A DNA stretch of 60,569 nucleotides, filler included. It is 4 parts of 4 records of this genome, joined end to end, with 100 filler letters (N's around TTAATTAATTAA, not from the genome) between each part and the next. Parts side by side here need not be neighbours in the genome. Positions count along the whole stretch, not along the records: positions 1 to 27,658 come from DRR723986_4725; 3 more parts are not named here. One strand, 5' to 3'. Of this stretch, positions 9,000-17,640 are shown one piece after another. Every line of letters starts with the position of its first letter. The first letter of the stretch is position 1. The position numbers were made by a program, and so were the translations under genes. The notes under the pieces were generated by a model. That model did not search any database and was not told where the DNA came from. It worked only from the letters and a program-made list of their open reading frames with translations.

Positions 9000-9926
9000 T
9001 CAGAAGGCAAATTCCATCATGGAGAAATCGTCCGGCAGGGGCGCATTGTCGTGGAATGCGGCCAGCCAGTCGTAGATGGCTTGAGGGACGGTTCCGTCCA
9101 CGGATTTCGATTTGTCCGCGAGCTCGGCCCAGGTCAGCGTCCGGCCATCCGCATCCTCGATTTCGTACGTACCGTCGCTGATGACAAGCAATCGGTCGCC
9201 CGGGCGAACGTCGAATGTACCGCCATCGAATTCCATATCTGGGATGGCGCCGATAACCATGCCCTCCGGCGTTCCGAGGCCGATGACGTCCAGCCCCGAT
9301 GCCGAAGGCCGCATGAGAATGGCAGCAGGGTGGCCGCCGGAGGCATAGGCCAGTTGCCGGGTCGAGCGCCGGTAGACGCCATACCAGATGGTGAAGAACA
9401 TGTTGTTCTGCCGTTCCATCGGAAAGGCATTGTTCAGTTTGGCAAGAACGTTTGCCGGGTCACGAAAATCGGTGCCCCCAAGCGCATTCGAGCGCAGCAC
9501 GTTGATAATCGCGACAGACAGCAATGCGGCCCCGACACCATGGCCGCAGACGTCGATCAGGTAAATTGCGAAATGATCGTCGTCGAGGTCGTGATATCCG
9601 AACGAATCACCGCCCAGTTCGGTCGACGGCACCAGAAGCCAGTCCGCTTTCGGGGCTTCGGGACGCCTTTCCGGCAGGATGGAATAAACATAATTGCCGG
9701 CATCACGAAGCTCCGCTTCCAGGCGTTCCTGGGTGCGGGTCAGCAGGATGTTGTATTCGGCCAACTGGTCTTCCACGGCCTCGCCATGTTCGATCGTTGC
9801 CTCGTAAAGCAGCTTGAGGTCGTCATGTTCAGCGCGCAATTCCTCAAGTTCTCTGCGCACTCGCGCGAGTTCGCCAGCGGAAGTGTCTGGTTGGGCAGCG
9901 GCGCCAAAATTACTGGTGCTTGTCAT
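9000..9926 (-). CDS. SpoIIE/RsbU-type PP2C phosphatase with N-terminal coiled coil
   Basis: 'ELGGDSF', 'IDVCGHG', 'SGGHP', 'ISDG', 'DDFS'; N-terminal 'LYEATIEHGEAVEDQL' helix. Confidence 0.92.
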   Translation of the reverse strand: MTSTSNFGAAAQPDTSAGELARVRRELEELRAEHDDLKLLYEATIEHGEAVEDQLAEYNILLTRTQERLEAELRDAGNYVYSILPERRPEAPKADWLLVPSTELGGDSFGYHDLDDDHFAIYLIDVCGHGVGAALLSVAIINVLRSNALGGTDFRDPANVLAKLNNAFPMERQNNMFFTIWYGVYRRSTRQLAYASGGHPAAILMRPSASGLDVIGLGTPEGMVIGAIPDMEFDGGTFDVRPGDRLLVISDGTYEIEDADGRTLTWAELADKSKSVDGTVPQAIYDWLAAFHDNAPLPDDFSMMEFAF

Positions 9927-10175
9927 GTTGTAAATATGATGCCTTTACGGACGCGCGGTGGAAACCCAAAGTTTAGAGTTCTGCTGCTATGTTAATGAAG
10001 CAGAAAACATTGGAGCAATCGCGGTTGATATATCCTTGGCAATGAGCGACACCGTATTGTTAAATACATGAATTATCGATGACACGAGTCCAATCGGCCA
10101 AAATTTCCAGCTTTCTCGTATAACAGAAGTGCATCGCTTTGAGGTGCAATTGACCACGCCAGCGGGGGAATAAAA

Positions 10176-10697
10176 ATGCAGGCACCTTCTGAAGGCATAT
10201 CATCAAATTCCGGTCTGCCGCAGATGATTCACCTGGATTTGGACATCAAGGATTTTTGCACCGACTGGACCCATTGCGATCTCATGTCGGGATACATTGC
10301 CCGGATGGTCAGCCACAACCGGCTGGATTCGCTCCTGTTTTCCAATCTCTATTCGTCGGCTTTGAACGAGCTGCTGGAAGCGGTGTACCGCACGCACGGC
10401 TCAGGCGGCAAACTGCAATGCGCGGTTCAGCGCGACGGCAATGTCGACAGGATCGAACTGACTTTCCCTGCGGACGAAGAAACCTACGAGATCTATGAGA
10501 CCGCCATTGCGAAGGTCAACGGCGAGGACGCCGAAACGCTTTATCTGGAAGCGCTGTTTGCCGACGCCGAACCGGATGCGAGCCTGGGGCTCCTGGAACT
10601 CGGCGTGGACTATGGCGCCCGGCTTGCCATCGGACGGAGCGAAGACGGCCGCATGAGCCTGGTTGCAGAGCTCGTGCTTGAGGACGACACAGAATGA
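10176..10697 (+). CDS. Degenerate SiaB/slr1658-like HATPase protein (probable pseudokinase)
   Basis: Aligns by eye with 14257-14802 (W-x-HC-x-L-x-S; NELLE; LGLL-x-L-x-x-DY-x-A-x-L) but lacks the N-box Asn and part of the G-box. Confidence 0.7.
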   Translation: MQAPSEGISSNSGLPQMIHLDLDIKDFCTDWTHCDLMSGYIARMVSHNRLDSLLFSNLYSSALNELLEAVYRTHGSGGKLQCAVQRDGNVDRIELTFPADEETYEIYETAIAKVNGEDAETLYLEALFADAEPDASLGLLELGVDYGARLAIGRSEDGRMSLVAELVLEDDTE

Positions 10698-11872
10698 TCG
10701 CTGATAATATGACACAGGCCTTTCAATGGACCTTCAACGAGAACGATCAGGAGTTCTCGCTCCATGGCAGCTTGCGCCCCCAGCGGGCCGAGGAACTGCA
10801 TGGCTGCTTTTCCGCGATGGAGCAGTCCGTCGCCAAGGTGAGCGGAAAATTCTACGTCAACGTCAGGCGCCTGGTGCGCATGAACAACGTCGCCTTCCAC
10901 GCATTTGCCGGCAAGATCCTGGATCTTGTCCGCAACCGCAGCGATCTGAGCGTTCATGTGACGACGTCGAGTGTCGTCGGCTGGGCAACGCGCAAGTTCG
11001 CCGTGCTGGAGACGATGTCCGACAAGATCACCGTCAGCGAATACGACAACGAGTTCTACCCGGGACAGTCCTTCGTCGAGGACAGTGAATTCATTCATGT
11101 CCTGCGGACACAGACCAAGCTTACCTGGCGCCATGAGAAGGAACTCCTTCGCCGCCACGGCCTGAAGCCGGGAATGCAGGTGGCCGACATTTGCTGCGGC
11201 ATCGGCGATTTCGCCGTGCTCCTGCAGAAGGAGTTCGAGCCGGACCGGCTTGTCGCGCTGGACCATTCCAGATCCAGCCTCGACTACGCACGCCGTGTCG
11301 CCGCCGACTTCGGCATCAAGGGCATTGACTATGTCTTTGGCGATGCCGCGGACATGCTGCTGGAGGACAATCAGTTCGACTTCGTGACCTGCCGACATTC
11401 CCTGCAGGTGTTCGATCAGCCGGAACTGATCCTCAAGGAGCTCTACCGTATCTGCAAGCCGGGTGGCCGCATTTACGTGACCAACGAAAAGAACTCCCAT
11501 TGCCTCGGCGAACCGAGATCGGAGTCTATCCAGTGGACCTATAACGAGGTCGCCAAACTCTGGCACCATTTCGATATGGATATCGAAATCGGCCCGAAAT
11601 GCCGGCGCCTCCTGATCGACGGTGGTTTTGAAAACGTCACCATAGGCTCCTTCATGGTCACCAACACCGACGGCGACCCGCAGGATTTCGCAGACGTCAT
11701 CGCCTCGTGGAAAAATCTCTTTGCCGGCAAAATGGCGCAGGAACGCGGCGACAGCCCCGAGTTCATCGAACGCTTCGCCAAGGGTTTTGATGATCATATT
11801 TTCGCAGCGCTCCACCCCAAGGGGTATGCGGGCTGGCCGATCTGGGTTGCCTCGGGGCGTAAGCCGCTATGA
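10694..11872 (+). CDS. Fusion: SiaC/slr1659-like STAS domain + class I SAM-dependent methyltransferase
   Basis: C-terminal 'VADICCGIG', 'ALDHS', 'GDAADM', 'FDFVTCR', 'CKPGG'; first ~115 aa align with 14834-15172; ATGA overlaps on both sides. Confidence 0.85.
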   Translation: MIADNMTQAFQWTFNENDQEFSLHGSLRPQRAEELHGCFSAMEQSVAKVSGKFYVNVRRLVRMNNVAFHAFAGKILDLVRNRSDLSVHVTTSSVVGWATRKFAVLETMSDKITVSEYDNEFYPGQSFVEDSEFIHVLRTQTKLTWRHEKELLRRHGLKPGMQVADICCGIGDFAVLLQKEFEPDRLVALDHSRSSLDYARRVAADFGIKGIDYVFGDAADMLLEDNQFDFVTCRHSLQVFDQPELILKELYRICKPGGRIYVTNEKNSHCLGEPRSESIQWTYNEVAKLWHHFDMDIEIGPKCRRLLIDGGFENVTIGSFMVTNTDGDPQDFADVIASWKNLFAGKMAQERGDSPEFIERFAKGFDDHIFAALHPKGYAGWPIWVASGRKPL

Positions 11873-14253
11873 ATGCACCGGTAAAGAGCCCTCAGAGTGA
11901 AAAGCAGATAGGTCGCTTTTCCCTGCGAAGCTTTCGCGCCAAGTTCATTCTTGTCGTGGGCGTGGCGGTGCTGTTCGATCTGGCGCTTGCCGGTGGCATC
12001 GGCATCTGGAACGTGCAGAAACTGTCGAGGGATGCAACGGAGCAGGTCGGTGAAGGCCTGACCACCGCGACCGAAGACTATCTGGAAACCTACATCGATA
12101 CGACTGCGTTCCGCGCCGACCTTCTGATCGAGCGCGTTCATTCGGAACTTGCGACGCTTGCCTCGTCGATGCAGACACTGATCGACCACCCGGATATCCA
12201 GGAAGCGGTCGGCAACACGATCGAAGGCAGTTCGGAGTTTTCCTCCGCACTGGTCTACGACGAAAAAGGCGGCTGGTCGCAGAACACCGAGGGTGTTCCT
12301 TCCGCAGTCAGCGTCTGGGGTTACTTGCTCGATGAAGACAAGAACCCGCTTCCCAAGGCCGCAGATGAGCTGAAGAACAGCTCCTTCCTCAGCCTTGTCG
12401 GGCCTTCGATGATGTCGACAGGCGCTCCCAAGCTGCAGATCTATTATGTCGGCCCCAAGGACGCGTCGATCATGCGCGCGACCCCTTATTCGGAACAGGC
12501 GCAGACATTCGACCTGCTTTACCCCGGTCATAACGAGGGCGCGAACTTCTGGGATTTTTTCTTTCCCGGGGTCTACGAAGGTTGGCAAGGCTGGATCAAG
12601 GATCCGTCTTCCAAGCCGGTTGAATCCAATATCGTCACCACTGCTCCCTACATCGACGCGATCACGGGCAAGCTGATCGTCAGCTTCTTTCATCCCCTGT
12701 GGACGCAGGATCGCAAGGACGTTGCGGGCATGGTCGCGGTCGACATCACGCTCGAACAGCTGACTTCGCTCGTCGAAAGCCTTGAGATCTCGGAAAGCGG
12801 CTTCGGCTTCCTGACGATGTCCGACGGCAACGTGGTGGCAACGCCGAAAGCCGGAGAGGCCACACTGGGTCTGGTTTCGAGCGACGTCAGCGGCCAGGGT
12901 GTTACCGGCGTGAACCGGAACCTCAAGGAAAGCAGCCAGCCCGCCATTTCTTCCCTTGAACTCAGTGCCAAGGACGAGACCGTCATCAAGCACATCTTCC
13001 TTGAAAATGACGGTGAAGAGGTCCCCTATCTTCTGGTTCTCAAGCAGCTCAACCCGACCAACCTGTGGGATGGAACCGGCATCACATCGGAAACGATGAC
13101 GCTGGGCTTTGTCGTTTCCGAACGCGAGATCTACCAGTCGCTGATCGATGCCACCAACAACATCTCCGAGGCGACGGCCCGCATCCTGAACTACCAGCTG
13201 ATTGCCTTCTGCGTCAGTATCTTCGTGGTGTTCGTTGCGGTCTATGCCATTTCCGGCCGTATCACCAAGGGCTTGTCGCAATTGGCAGCCGCAGCGCGTG
13301 CGCTGCAGAACAAGGATTACTCGGTTCGCGTTGCTATTCCGACCCGCGACGAGGTTGCGGCCGTGGGGCTTGCGTTTAACCGGATGGCGGAAGAGATCAG
13401 CTATCACACGGAGAACCTTGAAAATCTCGTCGAGGAGCGGACCAGGAAGCTGGAAACAGCGAACCACGAGATCGGCGAGCTCAACAAGCGGCTGAAATCG
13501 GAAAACCTGCGCCTCGGAGCCGAGCTGGATGTCGCCAAGCGCATTCAGGAAATGGTTCTGCCACGGTTGAGCGAACTGGAAGTCATCCCGCAGATCGAGA
13601 TTGCCGCCTTCATGGAACCGGCAGACGAAGTCGGCGGCGACTACTACGACGTCCTGTTCGACGGCAGTCGCATCAAGGTCGGTATCGGCGACGTGACCGG
13701 CCACGGCCTGGAAAGCGGCGTGTTGATGCTCATGGTGCAGTCGGTTGCCCGTGCGCTTCAGGAGAAGGGGGACAAGGATCCGATTGCCTTCCTGGATGTG
13801 CTCAACCGCGCTGTCTACAAGAACATCACCCGTACGAATTCCGACAAGCACCTGACCCTTGCCTTCGTCGACTATGAGGACGGACAGGTCACCTTGTCCG
13901 GCCAGCACGAGGAAGTGCTGATCATTCGTGCCAATGGCGAAACCGAGCGGATCGACACGATGGATCTCGGTTTCCCGGTCGGGCTCGAGGCCGATATTTC
14001 ACCCTTCGTGGCCACACTGGATCTTGCGTTCGGACCCGACGACATCCTGATCCTGCATACGGACGGGATCACGGAAGCGGAAAATGCGAAGGGCGAGATG
14101 TATGGCCTCGACCGGCTTGCCCAGAGCGCCCATGAAAATCGCGAAAAATCCGCTAAAGGTATTGCCGCAGCGGTCATTAATGATGTGAAGTCGCATATCG
14201 GCGACTACAAGGTATTTGATGACATCACTCTTGTTGTCTTGAAGCATAGGTAA
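11869..14253 (+). CDS. Membrane sensor phosphatase: TM-Cache-TM-HAMP-SpoIIE/PP2C (SiaA-like)
   Basis: Two TM helices; dCache-like 'TAPYIDAITGKLIVS...AGMVAVDITL'; HAMP 'RDEVAAVGLAFNRMA'; 'VGGDYYD', 'IGDVTGHG', 'TDGITEA', 'DDITLV'. Confidence 0.92.
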   Translation: MNAPVKSPQSEKQIGRFSLRSFRAKFILVVGVAVLFDLALAGGIGIWNVQKLSRDATEQVGEGLTTATEDYLETYIDTTAFRADLLIERVHSELATLASSMQTLIDHPDIQEAVGNTIEGSSEFSSALVYDEKGGWSQNTEGVPSAVSVWGYLLDEDKNPLPKAADELKNSSFLSLVGPSMMSTGAPKLQIYYVGPKDASIMRATPYSEQAQTFDLLYPGHNEGANFWDFFFPGVYEGWQGWIKDPSSKPVESNIVTTAPYIDAITGKLIVSFFHPLWTQDRKDVAGMVAVDITLEQLTSLVESLEISESGFGFLTMSDGNVVATPKAGEATLGLVSSDVSGQGVTGVNRNLKESSQPAISSLELSAKDETVIKHIFLENDGEEVPYLLVLKQLNPTNLWDGTGITSETMTLGFVVSEREIYQSLIDATNNISEATARILNYQLIAFCVSIFVVFVAVYAISGRITKGLSQLAAAARALQNKDYSVRVAIPTRDEVAAVGLAFNRMAEEISYHTENLENLVEERTRKLETANHEIGELNKRLKSENLRLGAELDVAKRIQEMVLPRLSELEVIPQIEIAAFMEPADEVGGDYYDVLFDGSRIKVGIGDVTGHGLESGVLMLMVQSVARALQEKGDKDPIAFLDVLNRAVYKNITRTNSDKHLTLAFVDYEDGQVTLSGQHEEVLIIRANGETERIDTMDLGFPVGLEADISPFVATLDLAFGPDDILILHTDGITEAENAKGEMYGLDRLAQSAHENREKSAKGIAAAVINDVKSHIGDYKVFDDITLVVLKHR

Positions 14254-14256
14254 GGC

Positions 14257-14802
14257 ATGGTCGAGGATTTTGGAGAGACGGCTGCTTTGAACGGCGGAGA
14301 CGCGAGACAATTTTGTCTCACGCTGATGGCAGAGCCGCTGGAGCTGAGCTGGCATCATTGCGGCCTGACATCGGATTTTATCGGGGAATATTTCAGCAGG
14401 GCTTGCGGCAAAGGCATCGATCCTGTCGATGCGCGCCACAGCATCAGTTACATGATCAACGAGATTCTGGAAAATGCGATCAAGTTCCGTCACGGCGGCG
14501 ACATCGCGATTCACAGCTCGCTGGAAGAACAGACGTTTGAAATCCGGATCGTGAACCGGATCGACCAGGAAACGGCCGTCAAGTTTCAGGGTCACCTGAA
14601 AGCCCTGCTCGACCGCGAACCGGGAGAGCTGCTCCTGGAACGTATCGAGGAGAACGCCCTCAACCCGGACTCCTCCGGCTCAGGCCTGGGTTTGCTCACA
14701 CTTATGAGCGACTACGAGGCCAAATTGGGCTGGTCTTTCGCGTCTGAGCGTGTAAGTGAAGGCGTTGAGTTGACGACATATGCTTCTTTGCGACTTTCCT
14801 GA
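14257..14802 (+). CDS. SiaB/slr1658-like (DUF6272-type) HATPase Ser/Thr kinase
   Basis: 'SYMINEILENAIKF' N-box, 'GSGLGLLTLMSDY' G-box. Confidence 0.8.
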   Translation: MVEDFGETAALNGGDARQFCLTLMAEPLELSWHHCGLTSDFIGEYFSRACGKGIDPVDARHSISYMINEILENAIKFRHGGDIAIHSSLEEQTFEIRIVNRIDQETAVKFQGHLKALLDREPGELLLERIEENALNPDSSGSGLGLLTLMSDYEAKLGWSFASERVSEGVELTTYASLRLS

Positions 14803-14833
14803 TCGCTGACATATTCCAAAGGAAGAAATCACA

Positions 14834-15172
14834 ATGGAAATCAGCACGAACGATTACCGCGTTTGGACTGAAGGCTCCGCCATCCACTACGAAGGAACGA
14901 TGCGGCTTTCAGGAACAGATGCCTACGCACCTATTCTGGACATCATGAATTCCGTTCTGGCGGCCAAGCCGGAACTCATCACCATGGACCTGACAAGCCT
15001 GGAATTCCTGAACAGCTCCGGCATCAACCTGCTCGCAAAGTTCACGATCGAAATCAGAAAGCAGCCGGAAGTCGGCGTTCGGGTTCTGGGCTCCAAGTCC
15101 ATTCCCTGGCAGTCGAAATCACTCCGCAACCTGCAGCGTCTGCACCCGGCGCTTGAACTGACGATTTCCTGA
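14834..15172 (+). CDS. SiaC/slr1659-like STAS phospho-acceptor protein
   Basis: 'GTMRL', 'DLTSLEFLNSSGINLL', 'IPWQSKSLRNLQRL'. Confidence 0.82.
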   Translation: MEISTNDYRVWTEGSAIHYEGTMRLSGTDAYAPILDIMNSVLAAKPELITMDLTSLEFLNSSGINLLAKFTIEIRKQPEVGVRVLGSKSIPWQSKSLRNLQRLHPALELTIS

Positions 15173-15711
15173 TCCCGCACACAGGCGCGTGAGGACGTGC
15201 TGATGCAAGCGCAACGGAAATGCCCGCAGACTTCCGGCTCGGTTTCAAGAAGGCCGGATGAATTGCGCATGTCGCAGGCCTAATATCCGTCCTCGTTGCA
15301 ACAGGCTTTCAGCCGTCCCGCCAGTCTCCCGGACTTGATAGAGAAGATTTCGGCAAGGCCATCCTGATCACGGCGCAGGCCGCAGCTGGCGCTATCAGCG
15401 CCATGAAGGTTGCCTGCAAAGCGACGGTCAAGCGATCGGGCAGGGTCTGCAATCCTGCTCAGAGCCTCAGGCCATGAAGTTCCTGTCGCTGCGGTGCAAG
15501 GCTTTCCACCGCTCGTAATCCGCCAGGCCGGTTCCTGACTTTCCCGTTTCAAAAATCCCTTGGCCGGCAATGCGATCCGGCGGAATATGCGGATTGATCC
15601 GCCGGCTCCCGTGCCGCGGGCAGCCCACCCTTGGCAGGACTGGCGGCATCGCTTTTTGGATATCGTTTCTGTCCTGCTGCTTCTTGTCAGCGCCATCTTC
15701 CGGAGGCCTTA

Positions 15712-16407
15712 ATGACCCTGTCCGCTGAAGCCGTCGAAATCCTGAAATCCGTCAGCACGGCGACACTCACCACGATCCTTCTGAAAAAGGGACTGCGCAA
15801 CGTCTGGATCCGCGGGGCTATGCCGCTCGATCGCTCCAGACCTCGGATCGTCGGGCCGGCATTTACCCTTCGTTTCGTGCCTGCGCGTGAGGACCTGGCA
15901 ACGCCCGCTTCCTGGGGCTCTCCCATTTCGACACGTGCGGCCATCGAGGAGATGCCGGAAGGATGCGTCGCGGTCATCGATGCGATGGGCATCCGCGACG
16001 CCGGTGTCTTCGGCGATATCCTGTGTGCCCGTATGCGCAAACGCAATGTCGCTGGCATGGTCACAGACGGCACAGTGCGCGATCTGGCCGGTGTGCTGGC
16101 GTCGGATCTGCCGGTCTGGTGCAGCGGTGTCTCGGCTCCGCCTTCGGTGGCCGGTCTAACCTTCGTCGGCTGGCAGGAAACCATCGGCTGCGGCGGTGTT
16201 GCGATCATTCCGGGCGATATCATTGTGGCAGACGGCGATGGTGCGGTTGTGATCCCAGCAGCCACGCTTGATGACGTGCTGAAAGAAGCCCCGGAACAGG
16301 AACGCATGGAGGCCTGGATCGTCGAGCAGGTCGACGCAGGTGCGAAGCTGCCGGGCCTTTACCCGATGAACGAGGAAACCAAAGCGCGCTACGAAGCCGA
16401 ACGCTGA
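15712..16407 (+). CDS. RraA family / HMG-CHA aldolase-like protein
   Basis: 'GPAFTLRF', 'GVFGDIL', 'TDGTVRD', 'PGDIIVADGDG'; GGAGG RBS before ATG 15712. Confidence 0.85.
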   Translation: MTLSAEAVEILKSVSTATLTTILLKKGLRNVWIRGAMPLDRSRPRIVGPAFTLRFVPAREDLATPASWGSPISTRAAIEEMPEGCVAVIDAMGIRDAGVFGDILCARMRKRNVAGMVTDGTVRDLAGVLASDLPVWCSGVSAPPSVAGLTFVGWQETIGCGGVAIIPGDIIVADGDGAVVIPAATLDDVLKEAPEQERMEAWIVEQVDAGAKLPGLYPMNEETKARYEAER

Positions 16408-16455
16408 GGGGCGTCGGATGCCGGGATCTGCATTCGATAAGGGAATCTGACGACG

Positions 16456-17640
16456 ATGCCGCCCGGCTGCCATGCCTCTTCCGGCCAGACTGTTCTGATA
16501 ACGGGTGCTCGCGCGCCTGTTGCCCTGCATCACGCCCGGCTGTTTCATGCCTCTGGTTGGCGTGTTGTTCTGGCCGATATGCCCGCGCGCCCAGTCTCCC
16601 GGGCAAGTCGTGCCTGCGCACTCTATCAGCGTTTGCCATCGCCAAGGTTTCATCCGGAAGATTTCACTGATGCGCTCGAGGCGCTGATCGAACGCGAAAA
16701 GCCGTCCCTGATTGTCCCGACCTGCGAGGAGGTCTTCTACCTGGCGGCAATCCGGGAAAGGCGCGGCCTTGGGGCGGAACTGTTCGCGCCAGGTCTCGTC
16801 CTGCTTCAGACGTCCCATAACAAGCATGACTTCATCAGGTTGTGTGAAGGGTTCGGGATTGCCGTGCCCGAAACACGGCTGCTGACGTCTCGGGAAGATG
16901 TCACCAACCTTGGCAAGCAGGCCGAAAACCTTGTGTTCAAGCCCGTCTGGTCGCGCTTCGCCGGTCAGGTCCTTGTGTCGCCAGCGTCCCGCAAGTTGAA
17001 GCAGGTGGTGCCGAGCGCTGCAATGCCCTGGGTCGCCCAGGAACGGTTGGAAGGAGACGAGATCAGTGCCTACGTTCTGGCGCGCGACGGCAAGGTGCTG
17101 GCAGTGTCGATATACCGTTCGCTATACCGGGCCGGTGCTGGCGCGGGGATCTGTTTTGAACCGGTAACGGACCCGGCAGCACGGGCTGTTATCGAAACAT
17201 TCGTCGGGAACACCGGTTGGACCGGGCAGGTTTCGTTTGACCTGATGCGCCTTGAAGACGGCTCTGTGCGCCCGCTGGAATGCAATCCGCGCGCGACCAG
17301 CGGCCTGCATTTTTTCAAGGACGCGGCCCGGTTTGTCCGCACGCTTTTGCAAGGCGGTGACGAAGTCTTGCCGGACGTAGCAGGCAATCAGGCCGTGCGG
17401 CTGGCCATGTGGGTCTACGGTCTGCCTTCAGCGCTCCGCTCACGAGACTTTGCCCGTTTCCGGGAGGTTCTCGGTGCGGCCGAGGAGATCCTCGGAACCT
17501 CGGACGATCCGTCGCCGGGGCGTGCTCAAATACCTGCCTTGCTGGAAATCGCGACCATAGCCATGCGCAACCGGATCAGTCTTCAAAGCGCCACCACGAG
17601 GGACATCGAGTGGAACGGGCCGGATCAAAGTTCGATGTAG
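16456..17640 (+). CDS. ATP-grasp domain protein
   Basis: 'VLITGARAPVAL', 'VPTCEE', 'HNKHDF', 'FKPVWSRF', 'WVAQE', 'LECNPRATSG'. Confidence 0.85.
   Translation: MPPGCHASSGQTVLITGARAPVALHHARLFHASGWRVVLADMPARPVSRASRACALYQRLPSPRFHPEDFTDALEALIEREKPSLIVPTCEEVFYLAAIRERRGLGAELFAPGLVLLQTSHNKHDFIRLCEGFGIAVPETRLLTSREDVTNLGKQAENLVFKPVWSRFAGQVLVSPASRKLKQVVPSAAMPWVAQERLEGDEISAYVLARDGKVLAVSIYRSLYRAGAGAGICFEPVTDPAARAVIETFVGNTGWTGQVSFDLMRLEDGSVRPLECNPRATSGLHFFKDAARFVRTLLQGGDEVLPDVAGNQAVRLAMWVYGLPSALRSRDFARFREVLGAAEEILGTSDDPSPGRAQIPALLEIATIAMRNRISLQSATTRDIEWNGPDQSSM

Noticed and set aside
11794-13908. Long antisense ORFs (e.g. 704 aa here, 726 aa at 58035-60215, 564 aa at 53573-55267)
   Set aside because: Shadows of well-supported genes on the opposite strand in GC-rich DNA; no recognisable motifs.
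15173-15711. 540-bp gap containing ORF 15280-15696
   Set aside because: No motif, RBS or RNA structure I can support; treated as intergenic.
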